Origin: Planctomycetota bacterium
Lineage (GTDB): Bacteria; Planctomycetota; UBA1135
Assembly (NCBI GenBank): GCA_004295085.1
Contig: SHNF01000006.1
Coordinates: 223,675-287,674 of the forward strand
Direction: 5' to 3'
Length of the DNA: 64,000 nucleotides
Position numbers and translations under genes: made by a program. The notes beneath the pieces are model-generated. The model was given only the letters and a program-made list of their open reading frames with translations, did not search any database and was not told the DNA's origin. Below are positions 10,325-17,644 of this stretch, in pieces; positions within the stretch are counted from its first letter, which is position 1, and each line of letters opens with the position of its first letter.

Positions 10325-10975
10325 TTAACGGCCGCGCGGCCGGTGCAGGCCCCTGCGGTCCACGCCCAGCATGCCGGCGGCGAGGCTGCGCCGGTCCACG
10401 GGCTGCAGGTGCGCCGCCGCGCCGCGGCGCAGCAGCGGGTAGTGAGGGACCGCGTCCAGCCGGCGGGCGATGGCGTCCATCGCCGCGTCTTCGGTGCGCC
10501 AGCTCAGGCGCTCGAACGGGCGCAGGGACACGGGCCCCGAGTAACCACGCAAGGTCTTTTCTCCGTGCTCGTTGAAGTAGTCCTCGAAGTACGAGAGCGC
10601 GAGCTCGCGCAGGCTGCGGAAGATCGGCTCGCGGAAGCGCAGGCCGCTGAAGTTGGACTTGGCCACCGCGCCGTAGCGGTCGCCGCGGCGGAACAGCGCC
10701 AGCACGTGGTCGTCATCGCGCACGGCGCGCAGATCCACGAGCCGTGCCGGGTGGCCGAGGCGCTCCAGCGCCGCCGCGGCCAGCACGGCCGCGTCGAAGC
10801 AGTGCGCGCGCCCGTCGCGCAGCACGCTCCGGGGACAGCGATAGACCGGCTCCGTGCTGTAGGGGATGCGGTCCAGCAGGGCCTGGATGTCTGCTGGGCT
10901 GCGCAGCGCGCGCAGGCGACGCCGTTCGGTGGGGGTCCATTCCGCCACGGCTCCAGTAGAGCGGCGCCGGGGCAT
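10325..10975 (-). CDS. Transglutaminase-like / papain-fold putative cysteine peptidase
   Basis: 216 aa. It has a Cys..His pattern, GRAHCFDAAVLAAAAL (Cys59) then DDDHVLALF (His90), followed by YGAVAKSNF, as in the transglutaminase-like superfamily. It sits 18 nt upstream of the ATP-grasp gene on the same strand. Confidence 0.6.
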   Translation of the reverse strand: MPRRRSTGAVAEWTPTERRRLRALRSPADIQALLDRIPYSTEPVYRCPRSVLRDGRAHCFDAAVLAAAALERLGHPARLVDLRAVRDDDHVLALFRRGDRYGAVAKSNFSGLRFREPIFRSLRELALSYFEDYFNEHGEKTLRGYSGPVSLRPFERLSWRTEDAAMDAIARRLDAVPHYPLLRRGAAAHLQPVDRRSLAAGMLGVDRRGLHRPRGR

Positions 10976-11029
10976 CTACGTATTTTTACTGATTAGCGTT
11001 GCAGCCCGACGATTCCTACCCTTCCGGTC

Positions 11030-11150
11030 CCCTGTTGATCCCCCGTCGATCTCCTGTTCGTCCCGTGTTCGTCCCCGGTTGATCACGGGCTAGTCCCCTG
11101 ATCGGCTCCAGTCGATCCCCGACTGGTCCCCTGGCCGTCTCCCCAAGCAC
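11030..11150 (+). repeat. Array of eleven contiguous degenerate 11-bp units (consensus YCCnGttsRTC), immediately 5' of the BNR gene ATG
   Basis: Units read directly: ccctgttgatc, ccccgtcgatc, tcctgttcgtc, ccgtgttcgtc, cccggttgatc, acgggctagtc, ccctgatcggc, tccagtcgatc, cccgactggtc, ccctggccgtc, tccccaagcac. Positions 2 and 11 are C in 11/11 units. Position 9 is a purine in 11/11. Position 10 is T in 9/11 and position 5 is G in 9/11. There are five GATC sites. C3-5 tracts recur at 11029, 11040, 11062, 11073, 11095, 11117, 11128, 11141 and 11155. Confidence 0.85.
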
Positions 11151-11159
11151 GGTTCCCCC

Positions 11160-13799
11160 ATGGCCCTCGCTCCGTTCCTACTTGCTCTCAGTGTCCTCCA
11201 GTCACGCCACGTACCCCACGACTCGGGCTTCGGAATTGCTGTAGCCCCGACCGGCGGTGGGGGACGGGAGCTGGTCCTGGTGGCGGATCACCCGGTGAAG
11301 TCCATGCGCTCGCGCGATGACGGGCTGTCCTGGGAAATCCTCAGCGGCACCGGACTGGAGCTGCAGACGCCGCGGGAGGTAGTCTACCTGCCCGGGGCCG
11401 CGCCCCGGTTTGTCATCGCAACGTATTTTGGAATCTGGGCTTATGACCCTGCAACCGGCCTGGTGCTGGGCTGGTCCCAGGGCCTGCCGCCGGTGGACAA
11501 GCACGCCATCGACCTGGCTGCTCCGGGCCTGGGGGGATCGGGCCCCGTCTTCTGCCTGAGTGAGGTCGGGACCATCTACCGGCGGGAAGCCGCGTGGAGC
11601 GCCTGGGTCCGCTGCCACAGCAGCGGCCTGACGATCGGGCCAGGGCAAGGCGAGATCGCGATGGTACCCAACTTCGACCCCAACGCCGCGCCCGGCCCCA
11701 AGCGGACCGTGCTCGCCGGAGCCGCCGGCGTCCTGCTGGTGTCTCAAGACGGCGGCGTCGGGTGGCAGACGCACGCCCAGTTCGACACCTCCTACCCGGA
11801 CGGTTGGGCCATCACCGCCATCGCCTTTGATCCCGACTACCCCCGCACCGGGATCGTCCTGCTCGGGCGCACGCGGCTGCGCCCCATCGACCCGCGCAAG
11901 GACGAGGGCGAGATCCTGCGCTCCAGCGATTTCGGCGCCAGCTTCCAGACCGTGCTCCGCATGGACAGCGGCGTCGCCGCGCTGGGGGCGGCCGCCGGGC
12001 CCGCGGGTGCGGTGTACCTGGCCTCCGGCAACATGTACCCCAACGACGGCTACTACCAGGGCACCGGCATCCTGGTTAGCGGCGACGGCGGCCTCACCTG
12101 GGACGACTTCGGCAACGAGCAGGACTTCGGTCTGGAGGACGGCCCCGGCCAGCACACCGCCGTGCCGGCCAACCTGCGCCTCGAGCAGGCCTTTGCCTTC
12201 TCTCCCAGCTTCGCGCAGGACAACACGGTGTGGTTCACGCGCTCCGAGGGCCTGTTCCAGAGCCGTGACGGCGGCAGCCACTGGCTGCAGCAGGGATTCC
12301 GGCCGGTGGAGCAGGTGCGCGACATCGCGACGGCGCTGCAGCCCGGATTCGGCTCGCACATCGCGGCCGCCACTTACGGCGAGGGCGCGGTCTACGCGGA
12401 GGGCGGCTCCAAGGCGCCGGAGGTCCTGCACGACGACTGCCCGCTTCCCTACCAGAAGGCGGTGGCGATCTCGCCCAGCTTCGAGCGGGACGGGACCATG
12501 GTCGTCGGAGGCGCGTCCGACCTGGCCATCTGGTACGACCCGGTCAAGCCCGCGGCCAATCCGTTCGGCGCCACCGGCTGGGTCCTGCCGCCGGTCTCGG
12601 ACGTCGTGACCGGGCGCCCGCTGTCGGGGTACGCGCGCACGATCGCCATGTCGCCGCACTACGACGGCACGCGCCCGGCCGGCTCCGATCTCGCGTTCTA
12701 CTGGAGCACCTGGGACGACGTACCCATGCGCAGCCGGGATGGCGGCCTGACCGGCGAGCGCCTGGACCAGGTGCAGGGCGGCGGGTCGGCGCCGTTCCTG
12801 TCGGCGCTGGACATCGCGCGCACCTACGACGACAGCACTCCCGCGGGGCGCACCGACGTGTATGGCGGGACCGAGAGCGAGCACAGCTTGTACCGCCTGG
12901 ACGACCGGACCTGGACGCCGATCGCGCATTTCGACTGGCAGATCTACTCGGTGGTGGTGGATCCCAACTTTTCGCGTCCCAACAAGCCGCGCGTGTTCGT
13001 GGCGCTGCAGGGCTACCCGTTCATCGCGCAGGTGCTCGACTACGGCGGCGAGACGCAGGTCGTGCCGATGGCGCGCAATCTCAATGACGCGCTGCCCATG
13101 GACCTGGCCATGGCGCCCAACCAGGCGCAGGACCCGTTCCTGTTCGTGACCACCTGGGGCTCCGGCGTGTGGAAGCTCAACCTCTCCTCCGAGGGCGAGT
13201 CGTGGACGCGCGTCGGCGAGGGCTTCCCGCGGTGGTGGTCCGAGTGCCTGGTCGTTTCGCCGAGCTTCAGCACGGACCGCCTGCTGTACGTGGGCACGCA
13301 GTACGGGGTGGTGGCCGGCATGGACGGGCCGACCGTCAAGTGGGCTCCGCTTACGTCCCCGGCCGCGCGCGACGACGACGATCCCGGCTTCACCACGTAC
13401 GCGCCGAACCTGGCCGCCAATCCCGACCCGACGCGGGCCTGGGCGTGGCTGCAGCTGGATCCCACGGACTTCTATCCGGACCTGCGCGTCACGGGCGAGG
13501 AAGTGCGCGTCGCCAACCAGGACGGCATGTACTTCACCGCGGCCGGCTACGCCTCGGCGCTGGAGCTGAAGACCTACGCCGGCCCGGGCGCCGGCGCGGT
13601 GATCATCAGCGTCGCCGACGCCTTCACGGGCGCCCACCTGACCACGCTGGCGGTGGACCTGGGCGCGGCCGCGCCGTCGGTGCAGAACTACACGCTGCCG
13701 GTGCCGCTGGCCACGCGCTCGGCCGTGCTCGTGCGCGTGGAGGCGGACCTGGATCCTGGCGAGCGGTTCGCCTTCGACGGCATGGTATTCGTGCCGTAG
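11160..13799 (+). CDS. BNR/Asp-box repeat beta-propeller protein (sialidase / sortilin-VPS10-like fold), secreted
   Basis: 879 aa with multiple Asp-boxes (S-x-D-x-G-x-x-W/F): SRDDGLSW, SQDGGVGW, SSDFGASF, SGDGGLTW and SRDGGSHW, plus one degenerate copy lacking the aromatic (SRDGGLTG). Short hydrophobic N-terminus MALAPFLLALSVLQ. The C-terminal ~130 aa look like a beta-sandwich module. Confidence 0.8.
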   Translation: MALAPFLLALSVLQSRHVPHDSGFGIAVAPTGGGGRELVLVADHPVKSMRSRDDGLSWEILSGTGLELQTPREVVYLPGAAPRFVIATYFGIWAYDPATGLVLGWSQGLPPVDKHAIDLAAPGLGGSGPVFCLSEVGTIYRREAAWSAWVRCHSSGLTIGPGQGEIAMVPNFDPNAAPGPKRTVLAGAAGVLLVSQDGGVGWQTHAQFDTSYPDGWAITAIAFDPDYPRTGIVLLGRTRLRPIDPRKDEGEILRSSDFGASFQTVLRMDSGVAALGAAAGPAGAVYLASGNMYPNDGYYQGTGILVSGDGGLTWDDFGNEQDFGLEDGPGQHTAVPANLRLEQAFAFSPSFAQDNTVWFTRSEGLFQSRDGGSHWLQQGFRPVEQVRDIATALQPGFGSHIAAATYGEGAVYAEGGSKAPEVLHDDCPLPYQKAVAISPSFERDGTMVVGGASDLAIWYDPVKPAANPFGATGWVLPPVSDVVTGRPLSGYARTIAMSPHYDGTRPAGSDLAFYWSTWDDVPMRSRDGGLTGERLDQVQGGGSAPFLSALDIARTYDDSTPAGRTDVYGGTESEHSLYRLDDRTWTPIAHFDWQIYSVVVDPNFSRPNKPRVFVALQGYPFIAQVLDYGGETQVVPMARNLNDALPMDLAMAPNQAQDPFLFVTTWGSGVWKLNLSSEGESWTRVGEGFPRWWSECLVVSPSFSTDRLLYVGTQYGVVAGMDGPTVKWAPLTSPAARDDDDPGFTTYAPNLAANPDPTRAWAWLQLDPTDFYPDLRVTGEEVRVANQDGMYFTAAGYASALELKTYAGPGAGAVIISVADAFTGAHLTTLAVDLGAAAPSVQNYTLPVPLATRSAVLVRVEADLDPGERFAFDGMVFVP

Positions 13800-15481
13800 T
13801 ACGCCTTGCGCACGTACTCGCCCAGCATGCGGTGCGTGTTGAAATAGGCGCCGTTGATGGCGATGGCGTTGGCGCGCACCTCCAAAAAGCGGTCCGGCTG
13901 GCGGTAGTAGAGGCGCGCCACGGCGTTCTCGAGCTGGTCGTAGAGCGCGGCGGCGTCGCGGGCGCGGCTGGGCGGCCCGGCGTCCGGCGCGTCGGCGCCG
14001 ATGCGCCAGCCGGTCGTGCCTTCGATCCAGCCTTCCAGCCACCATCCGTCCAGGATGCTCAGGGACGGCACCCCGTTGAGGGCCGCCTTCATGCCGCTGG
14101 TACCCGAGGCCTCGAGCGGGGGTTCCGGCGTGTTCAGCCACACGTCCACGCCCGAGGTCAGGAGCCGCCCCAGGCGCAGGTCGTAATCCGGCAGGTACAC
14201 GGCCCGGACCGCGGGATGCAGCGCCGCCAAGTGTGCGTGCACGCGCCGGATCATGTCCTTGCCTTCCACGTCCAGGGGGTGCGCCTTGCCCGCGAACACA
14301 GCCTGGAGGCCGCCGTAGCGGCTGGCGATGCGCCGCAGCCGGTCCGGATCGGCGAACAGAAGGTCGGCGCGCTTGTAGCCCGTGGCGCGCCGCGCGAAGC
14401 CGAGCGTCAGGATGGCAGGATCCAGGCGCGCGCGCGCCAGGCGCGCCACCGCGGCGCGCAGGGCCAGCTTGCAGGCGCGATGCGCCGCGGCGAGGTCGGC
14501 GCGCGGAATGCGCAGCGCCAGGCGCAGCTCGGCGGCGTCGCCGCGCCAGCCCGGCAGCCAGCGATCGTAGAGCCGGCGGAACGGCGGCGCGGTCCAGCTG
14601 AGCGCGTGCACGCCGTTGGTGATGGAGTCCACGGCCCGGCGCGGGAACATCCGGCGCGAAACCTCGCCGTGGCGGCGCGCCACCGCGTTGACGTAGCGGC
14701 TCAGGTTGAGCGCCAGCACCGTCATGTTGCACTGGCCGTCGTGGCGGAACAGTCCCAGCCGGCGCAGGGCGGGATGGCGGCCGATGACCTTGCGCACCAG
14801 CTCCACGGGGAAGCGGTCGTGCCCGTACGCCACCGGCGTGTGCGTGGTGAACACGCTCAAGGCGCGCACCGCCGCCACGTCCTCTGCGGTCAGGTTCTCG
14901 CGCCCGGCGCGCGCCAGCCGCTCGGCCAGCAGCTCGAAGGTCACCAGCGCCGCGTGCCCCTCGTTGAGGTGGAAGGTGTCCAGCCGGTCATGGCCCAGGG
15001 CCCGCAGCAGGCGCACGCCGCCCATGCCGAGCACGACTTCCTGGCTGAGCCGCAGGCGGGCGTCGCCGCCGTAGAGGTGGTCGGTCAGGCGCCGGTCCGC
15101 GTCCGCGTTGGCGGGCAGGTCGGCGTCCAGGAAGTACACGGGCACGGTCCGGCCCGAGACGCCGGCCACCTCCAGCTTCCAGGCGCGCAGCTGCACGCCG
15201 CGCCCCTCGATGGTGACGCGCACGCGCCGGCGCAGCTCTTCCAGCCGCTGTTCCGGCGCCCATTCCGCCGGCGACTCGGCCTGGTTGCCGCCCGCGTCCA
15301 GGATCTGGCGGAAATAGCCCTTGCGGTACAGCAGCGTGACCGCCACGAACGGCAGCCCGAGGTCGGCGGCGGCGCGCACGGTGTCTCCGGCCAGCACGCC
15401 CAGCCCGCCGCTGTAGGTCGGGATGCGGGCGTCCAGCCCGATCTCCATGGAGAAATAGGCGACGCGCTTGGGTTCGTGCAT
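13688..15481 (-). CDS. glgP: Alpha-glucan phosphorylase (short glycogen/maltodextrin phosphorylase family)
   Basis: VAYFSMEIGLDARIPTYSGGLGVLAGD, HLNEGHAAL, EASGTSGMKAALNG (PLP lysine) and ILDGWW. Start trimmed to the ATG at 15481 (MHEPKRVAYF). The last ~32 aa are low-complexity and overlap the BNR gene's 3' end. Confidence 0.9.
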   Translation of the reverse strand: MHEPKRVAYFSMEIGLDARIPTYSGGLGVLAGDTVRAAADLGLPFVAVTLLYRKGYFRQILDAGGNQAESPAEWAPEQRLEELRRRVRVTIEGRGVQLRAWKLEVAGVSGRTVPVYFLDADLPANADADRRLTDHLYGGDARLRLSQEVVLGMGGVRLLRALGHDRLDTFHLNEGHAALVTFELLAERLARAGRENLTAEDVAAVRALSVFTTHTPVAYGHDRFPVELVRKVIGRHPALRRLGLFRHDGQCNMTVLALNLSRYVNAVARRHGEVSRRMFPRRAVDSITNGVHALSWTAPPFRRLYDRWLPGWRGDAAELRLALRIPRADLAAAHRACKLALRAAVARLARARLDPAILTLGFARRATGYKRADLLFADPDRLRRIASRYGGLQAVFAGKAHPLDVEGKDMIRRVHAHLAALHPAVRAVYLPDYDLRLGRLLTSGVDVWLNTPEPPLEASGTSGMKAALNGVPSLSILDGWWLEGWIEGTTGWRIGADAPDAGPPSRARDAAALYDQLENAVARLYYRQPDRFLEVRANAIAINGAYFNTHRMLGEYVRKAYYGTNTMPSKANRSPGSRSASTRTSTAERVASGTGSV

Positions 15482-15593
15482 GCGGGGTAGGAGTCTCCCG
15501 GCGGCGACTTCGCCGCGCGCCGGTCCCCTCAGCATCCGAAGTCGGCGCCGCGGAAACAAGGCCTGGGCGGCGCCGCCGGTCCCTCCCGGCCGC

Positions 15594-16394
15594 TCAGCGC
15601 GGCGCGGCGGCGCGCGGATCCAGCCGGTCGCGCAGGTGGTCGGCCAGGCGCTGCACCGGAAAAATCAGTCCGAACATGGCCACGGTCACCGCCGCCAGGG
15701 GCCAGGGGTGGCCCTCCGCCAGGTCGTGCACGCCGAACAGGATCGTGCGCCCCCAGGACGGCTGCTCCGCCACGCCCACGCCCAGGAAGGACAGGATGAC
15801 CTCGGTGTTCACGGCATAGACGAAGTGCAGCGCGAGCTGCACCAGCAGCATGGGCAGAAGGTTGGGGAGGATGTGGCGGGGCAGCACCTGCAGCGTCCCG
15901 GCCCCGGCGCCGCGGGCGGCCAGCACGTAGTCGCGCGTCTTCTGGCGCTCCGTCTCGGCGCGCACCACGCGGAACACGCCCACCCAGGACACCGCGGCGA
16001 TGGCGGCGATCGCGCTCAGGTAACCCTGGCCCAGCATGAAGCCGATGGCCAGGATCAGCAGGATGGCCGGGATCGCCGCCACCGCGCTGCTGAGCCAGAC
16101 CGCGGCGCGGTCCACGGCGCCGCGGTACCAGCCGGCGGCCATGCCGAGCGCGGCGCCCAGGCTCACCGCCAGCCCCGCCGCCACGGTTCCGACCTGCAGC
16201 GAGATGCGCAGCCCCTGCAGCGTGAGGGCCAGCACGTCGCGCCCGAGGTGGTCCGTGCCCAGCCAGAAGCCGGCGCCGGGCGGGACGCTCTCGCGCCCGT
16301 AGTGCTGCACGGCGTGATCCGCGCCCACGAGGTGCAGCGCCGCGGCCGCGCCCAGCACGAGGTAGGCCAGCAGCAGCGCGACCCACTTCCTCAC
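15594..16394 (-). CDS. ABC transporter permease, Opp/Dpp C-type
   Basis: C-terminal 267 codons of track ORF 15594..17045: WLGTDHLGRDVL, an EAA-like loop DYVLAARGAGAG and RHILPN. The GTG start at 16394 overlaps the upstream stop (GTGA). Confidence 0.85.
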   Translation of the reverse strand: MRKWVALLLAYLVLGAAAALHLVGADHAVQHYGRESVPPGAGFWLGTDHLGRDVLALTLQGLRISLQVGTVAAGLAVSLGAALGMAAGWYRGAVDRAAVWLSSAVAAIPAILLILAIGFMLGQGYLSAIAAIAAVSWVGVFRVVRAETERQKTRDYVLAARGAGAGTLQVLPRHILPNLLPMLLVQLALHFVYAVNTEVILSFLGVGVAEQPSWGRTILFGVHDLAEGHPWPLAAVTVAMFGLIFPVQRLADHLRDRLDPRAAAPR

Positions 16395-17644
16395 GGGCGT
16401 GCTCCGTAGCGCGGGTCGGCCCAGGCGCAAGCCAGGTCGGCCAGCCACTGGAACAGCAGGAAGCACATCGCGGACAGGAAGGTGACGGCGCGCAGTACCG
16501 CCTGGTCGCCGCTGAGCACCGCGTCCACGGTGTACCCGCCCAGGCCAGGCACCCCGAAGAAGCGCTCGATCAGCAGCGAGCCCAGCGCCAGTGCCGGGAG
16601 CGCGCTCACCGATTGCGCGAGCACAGGCACCAGGATGTTGCGCAGCACGTGGCGGCGCAGGACGCGCGCGCCGCCGAGGCCCTGCGCGCGCGCGTTGCGG
16701 ACGTACTCCTGGTGCAGCTCCTCCAGCGCCAGACTCCGGTAGAAGCGCAGGTCGGCCCACAGACCGAGCACGGTCCAGATCAGGATCGGCAGCAGCAGGT
16801 AGGTCCAGTACGGCGGCTCCCAGCCGTAGATCGGAAACCAGCGCAGGTCGGCGGCCAGCCAGCGCTGCAGCAGCGGAATCGCGGCCACCCAGCTCACGGA
16901 CATGCCGGCGACGCTGAGCACGGCGAGAACGCGGTCCAGCCAGCCGCGGCGCACGGCCGCCCACAGGGCCAGCGCCAGCGCCAGGGCGGTGCTGAGCAGG
17001 AACGCTGGAACCGCGAGCGCCAGAGAGCGGCGCGCACGGCTCCACAGCTCGGCGCCGATCGGCTGGCCGGTGCGGGTGACGCCGAAGTCGCCGCGGAACA
17101 GCTCGCCGATGCGGCGCCCGTAGCGCCGCCAGGCCGGAACGGCCTCGGCCCAGGCCAGCTCGGCGCCGCGTCCCGTGTCCAGGCTCTGGCTGGCGCCGCG
17201 CAAGGCCGCGGCGATGCCGCTGGCCGGAGCCTGCGCGCGCTCCTGCGCGCCCGGGCCGGGCGTCAGGCTCAGGCGCCAGCCCGGGGCCGGGCTGGCGCCG
17301 TCCAGCTCCGCGAGCGCCTGCTGCACGGTGCGGCCGGTGAGCGGCACGCGCCAGCGTTGGCTGCCATCCAGCGTGCGCAGCTCCAGCGCGTCGCCGGCGC
17401 TGCGCAGGACGAAGCGCTGTGGCGGCCCGGCGACGTGCAGCGTGGCCAGGCGCGGCTCATAGGCCGAGAACGCGCCCAGGCGCAGCCGCGCCTCTCCGAT
17501 GCGCTGCGCGCTGGCCTTGGGCCCGGTCTCGATCAGCGCCGGATCACCGAGCAGGCCGCTGTCGAAGACCAGGAGCAGGATCAGACTGACGCCCGCGGCG
17601 AGCCCGGCGGCGGAGAGCAGGCGGCGCAGGGCCCGGGCCAGCAA
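16391..17644 (-). CDS. ABC transporter permease, Opp/Dpp B-type, with a long periplasmic insertion
   Basis: 417 aa. N-terminal TM (LLSAAGLAAGVSLILLLVF), then an extra ~170-aa region before the conserved core (YVRNARAQGLGGARVLRRHVLRN). TTG start directly after the binding-protein stop. Confidence 0.85.
   Translation of the reverse strand: MLARALRRLLSAAGLAAGVSLILLLVFDSGLLGDPALIETGPKASAQRIGEARLRLGAFSAYEPRLATLHVAGPPQRFVLRSAGDALELRTLDGSQRWRVPLTGRTVQQALAELDGASPAPGWRLSLTPGPGAQERAQAPASGIAAALRGASQSLDTGRGAELAWAEAVPAWRRYGRRIGELFRGDFGVTRTGQPIGAELWSRARRSLALAVPAFLLSTALALALALWAAVRRGWLDRVLAVLSVAGMSVSWVAAIPLLQRWLAADLRWFPIYGWEPPYWTYLLLPILIWTVLGLWADLRFYRSLALEELHQEYVRNARAQGLGGARVLRRHVLRNILVPVLAQSVSALPALALGSLLIERFFGVPGLGGYTVDAVLSGDQAVLRAVTFLSAMCFLLFQWLADLACAWADPRYGARP

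Noticed and set aside
10976-10990. AT-rich patch (TAAAAATA on the minus strand) as a -10 box making the transglutaminase-like gene leaderless
   Set aside because: The -10 match is only 4/6, and there is no acceptable -35 hexamer at 16-18 nt spacing. It is kept only as a note that the promoter probably lies here.
7496-10996. 1166-aa ORF on the plus strand spanning the C11 3' half, the ATP-grasp gene and the transglutaminase-like gene
   Set aside because: The translation is Arg/Gly/Ala/Pro-rich low-complexity sequence with no family motifs. It runs antisense or out of frame to genes with clear protein signatures. It is a typical stop-free shadow frame of GC-rich DNA.
11202-14732. 1176-aa minus-strand ORF. 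Similar giants occur at 16613-19717, 49445-52549, 50947-54207, 43910-46237 and 56976-59330
   Set aside because: They are shadow ORFs opposite or out of frame to well-supported genes. Only short terminal segments of some are real: DUF309 at 49445-49846 and the transglutaminase lipoprotein at 58341-59330.
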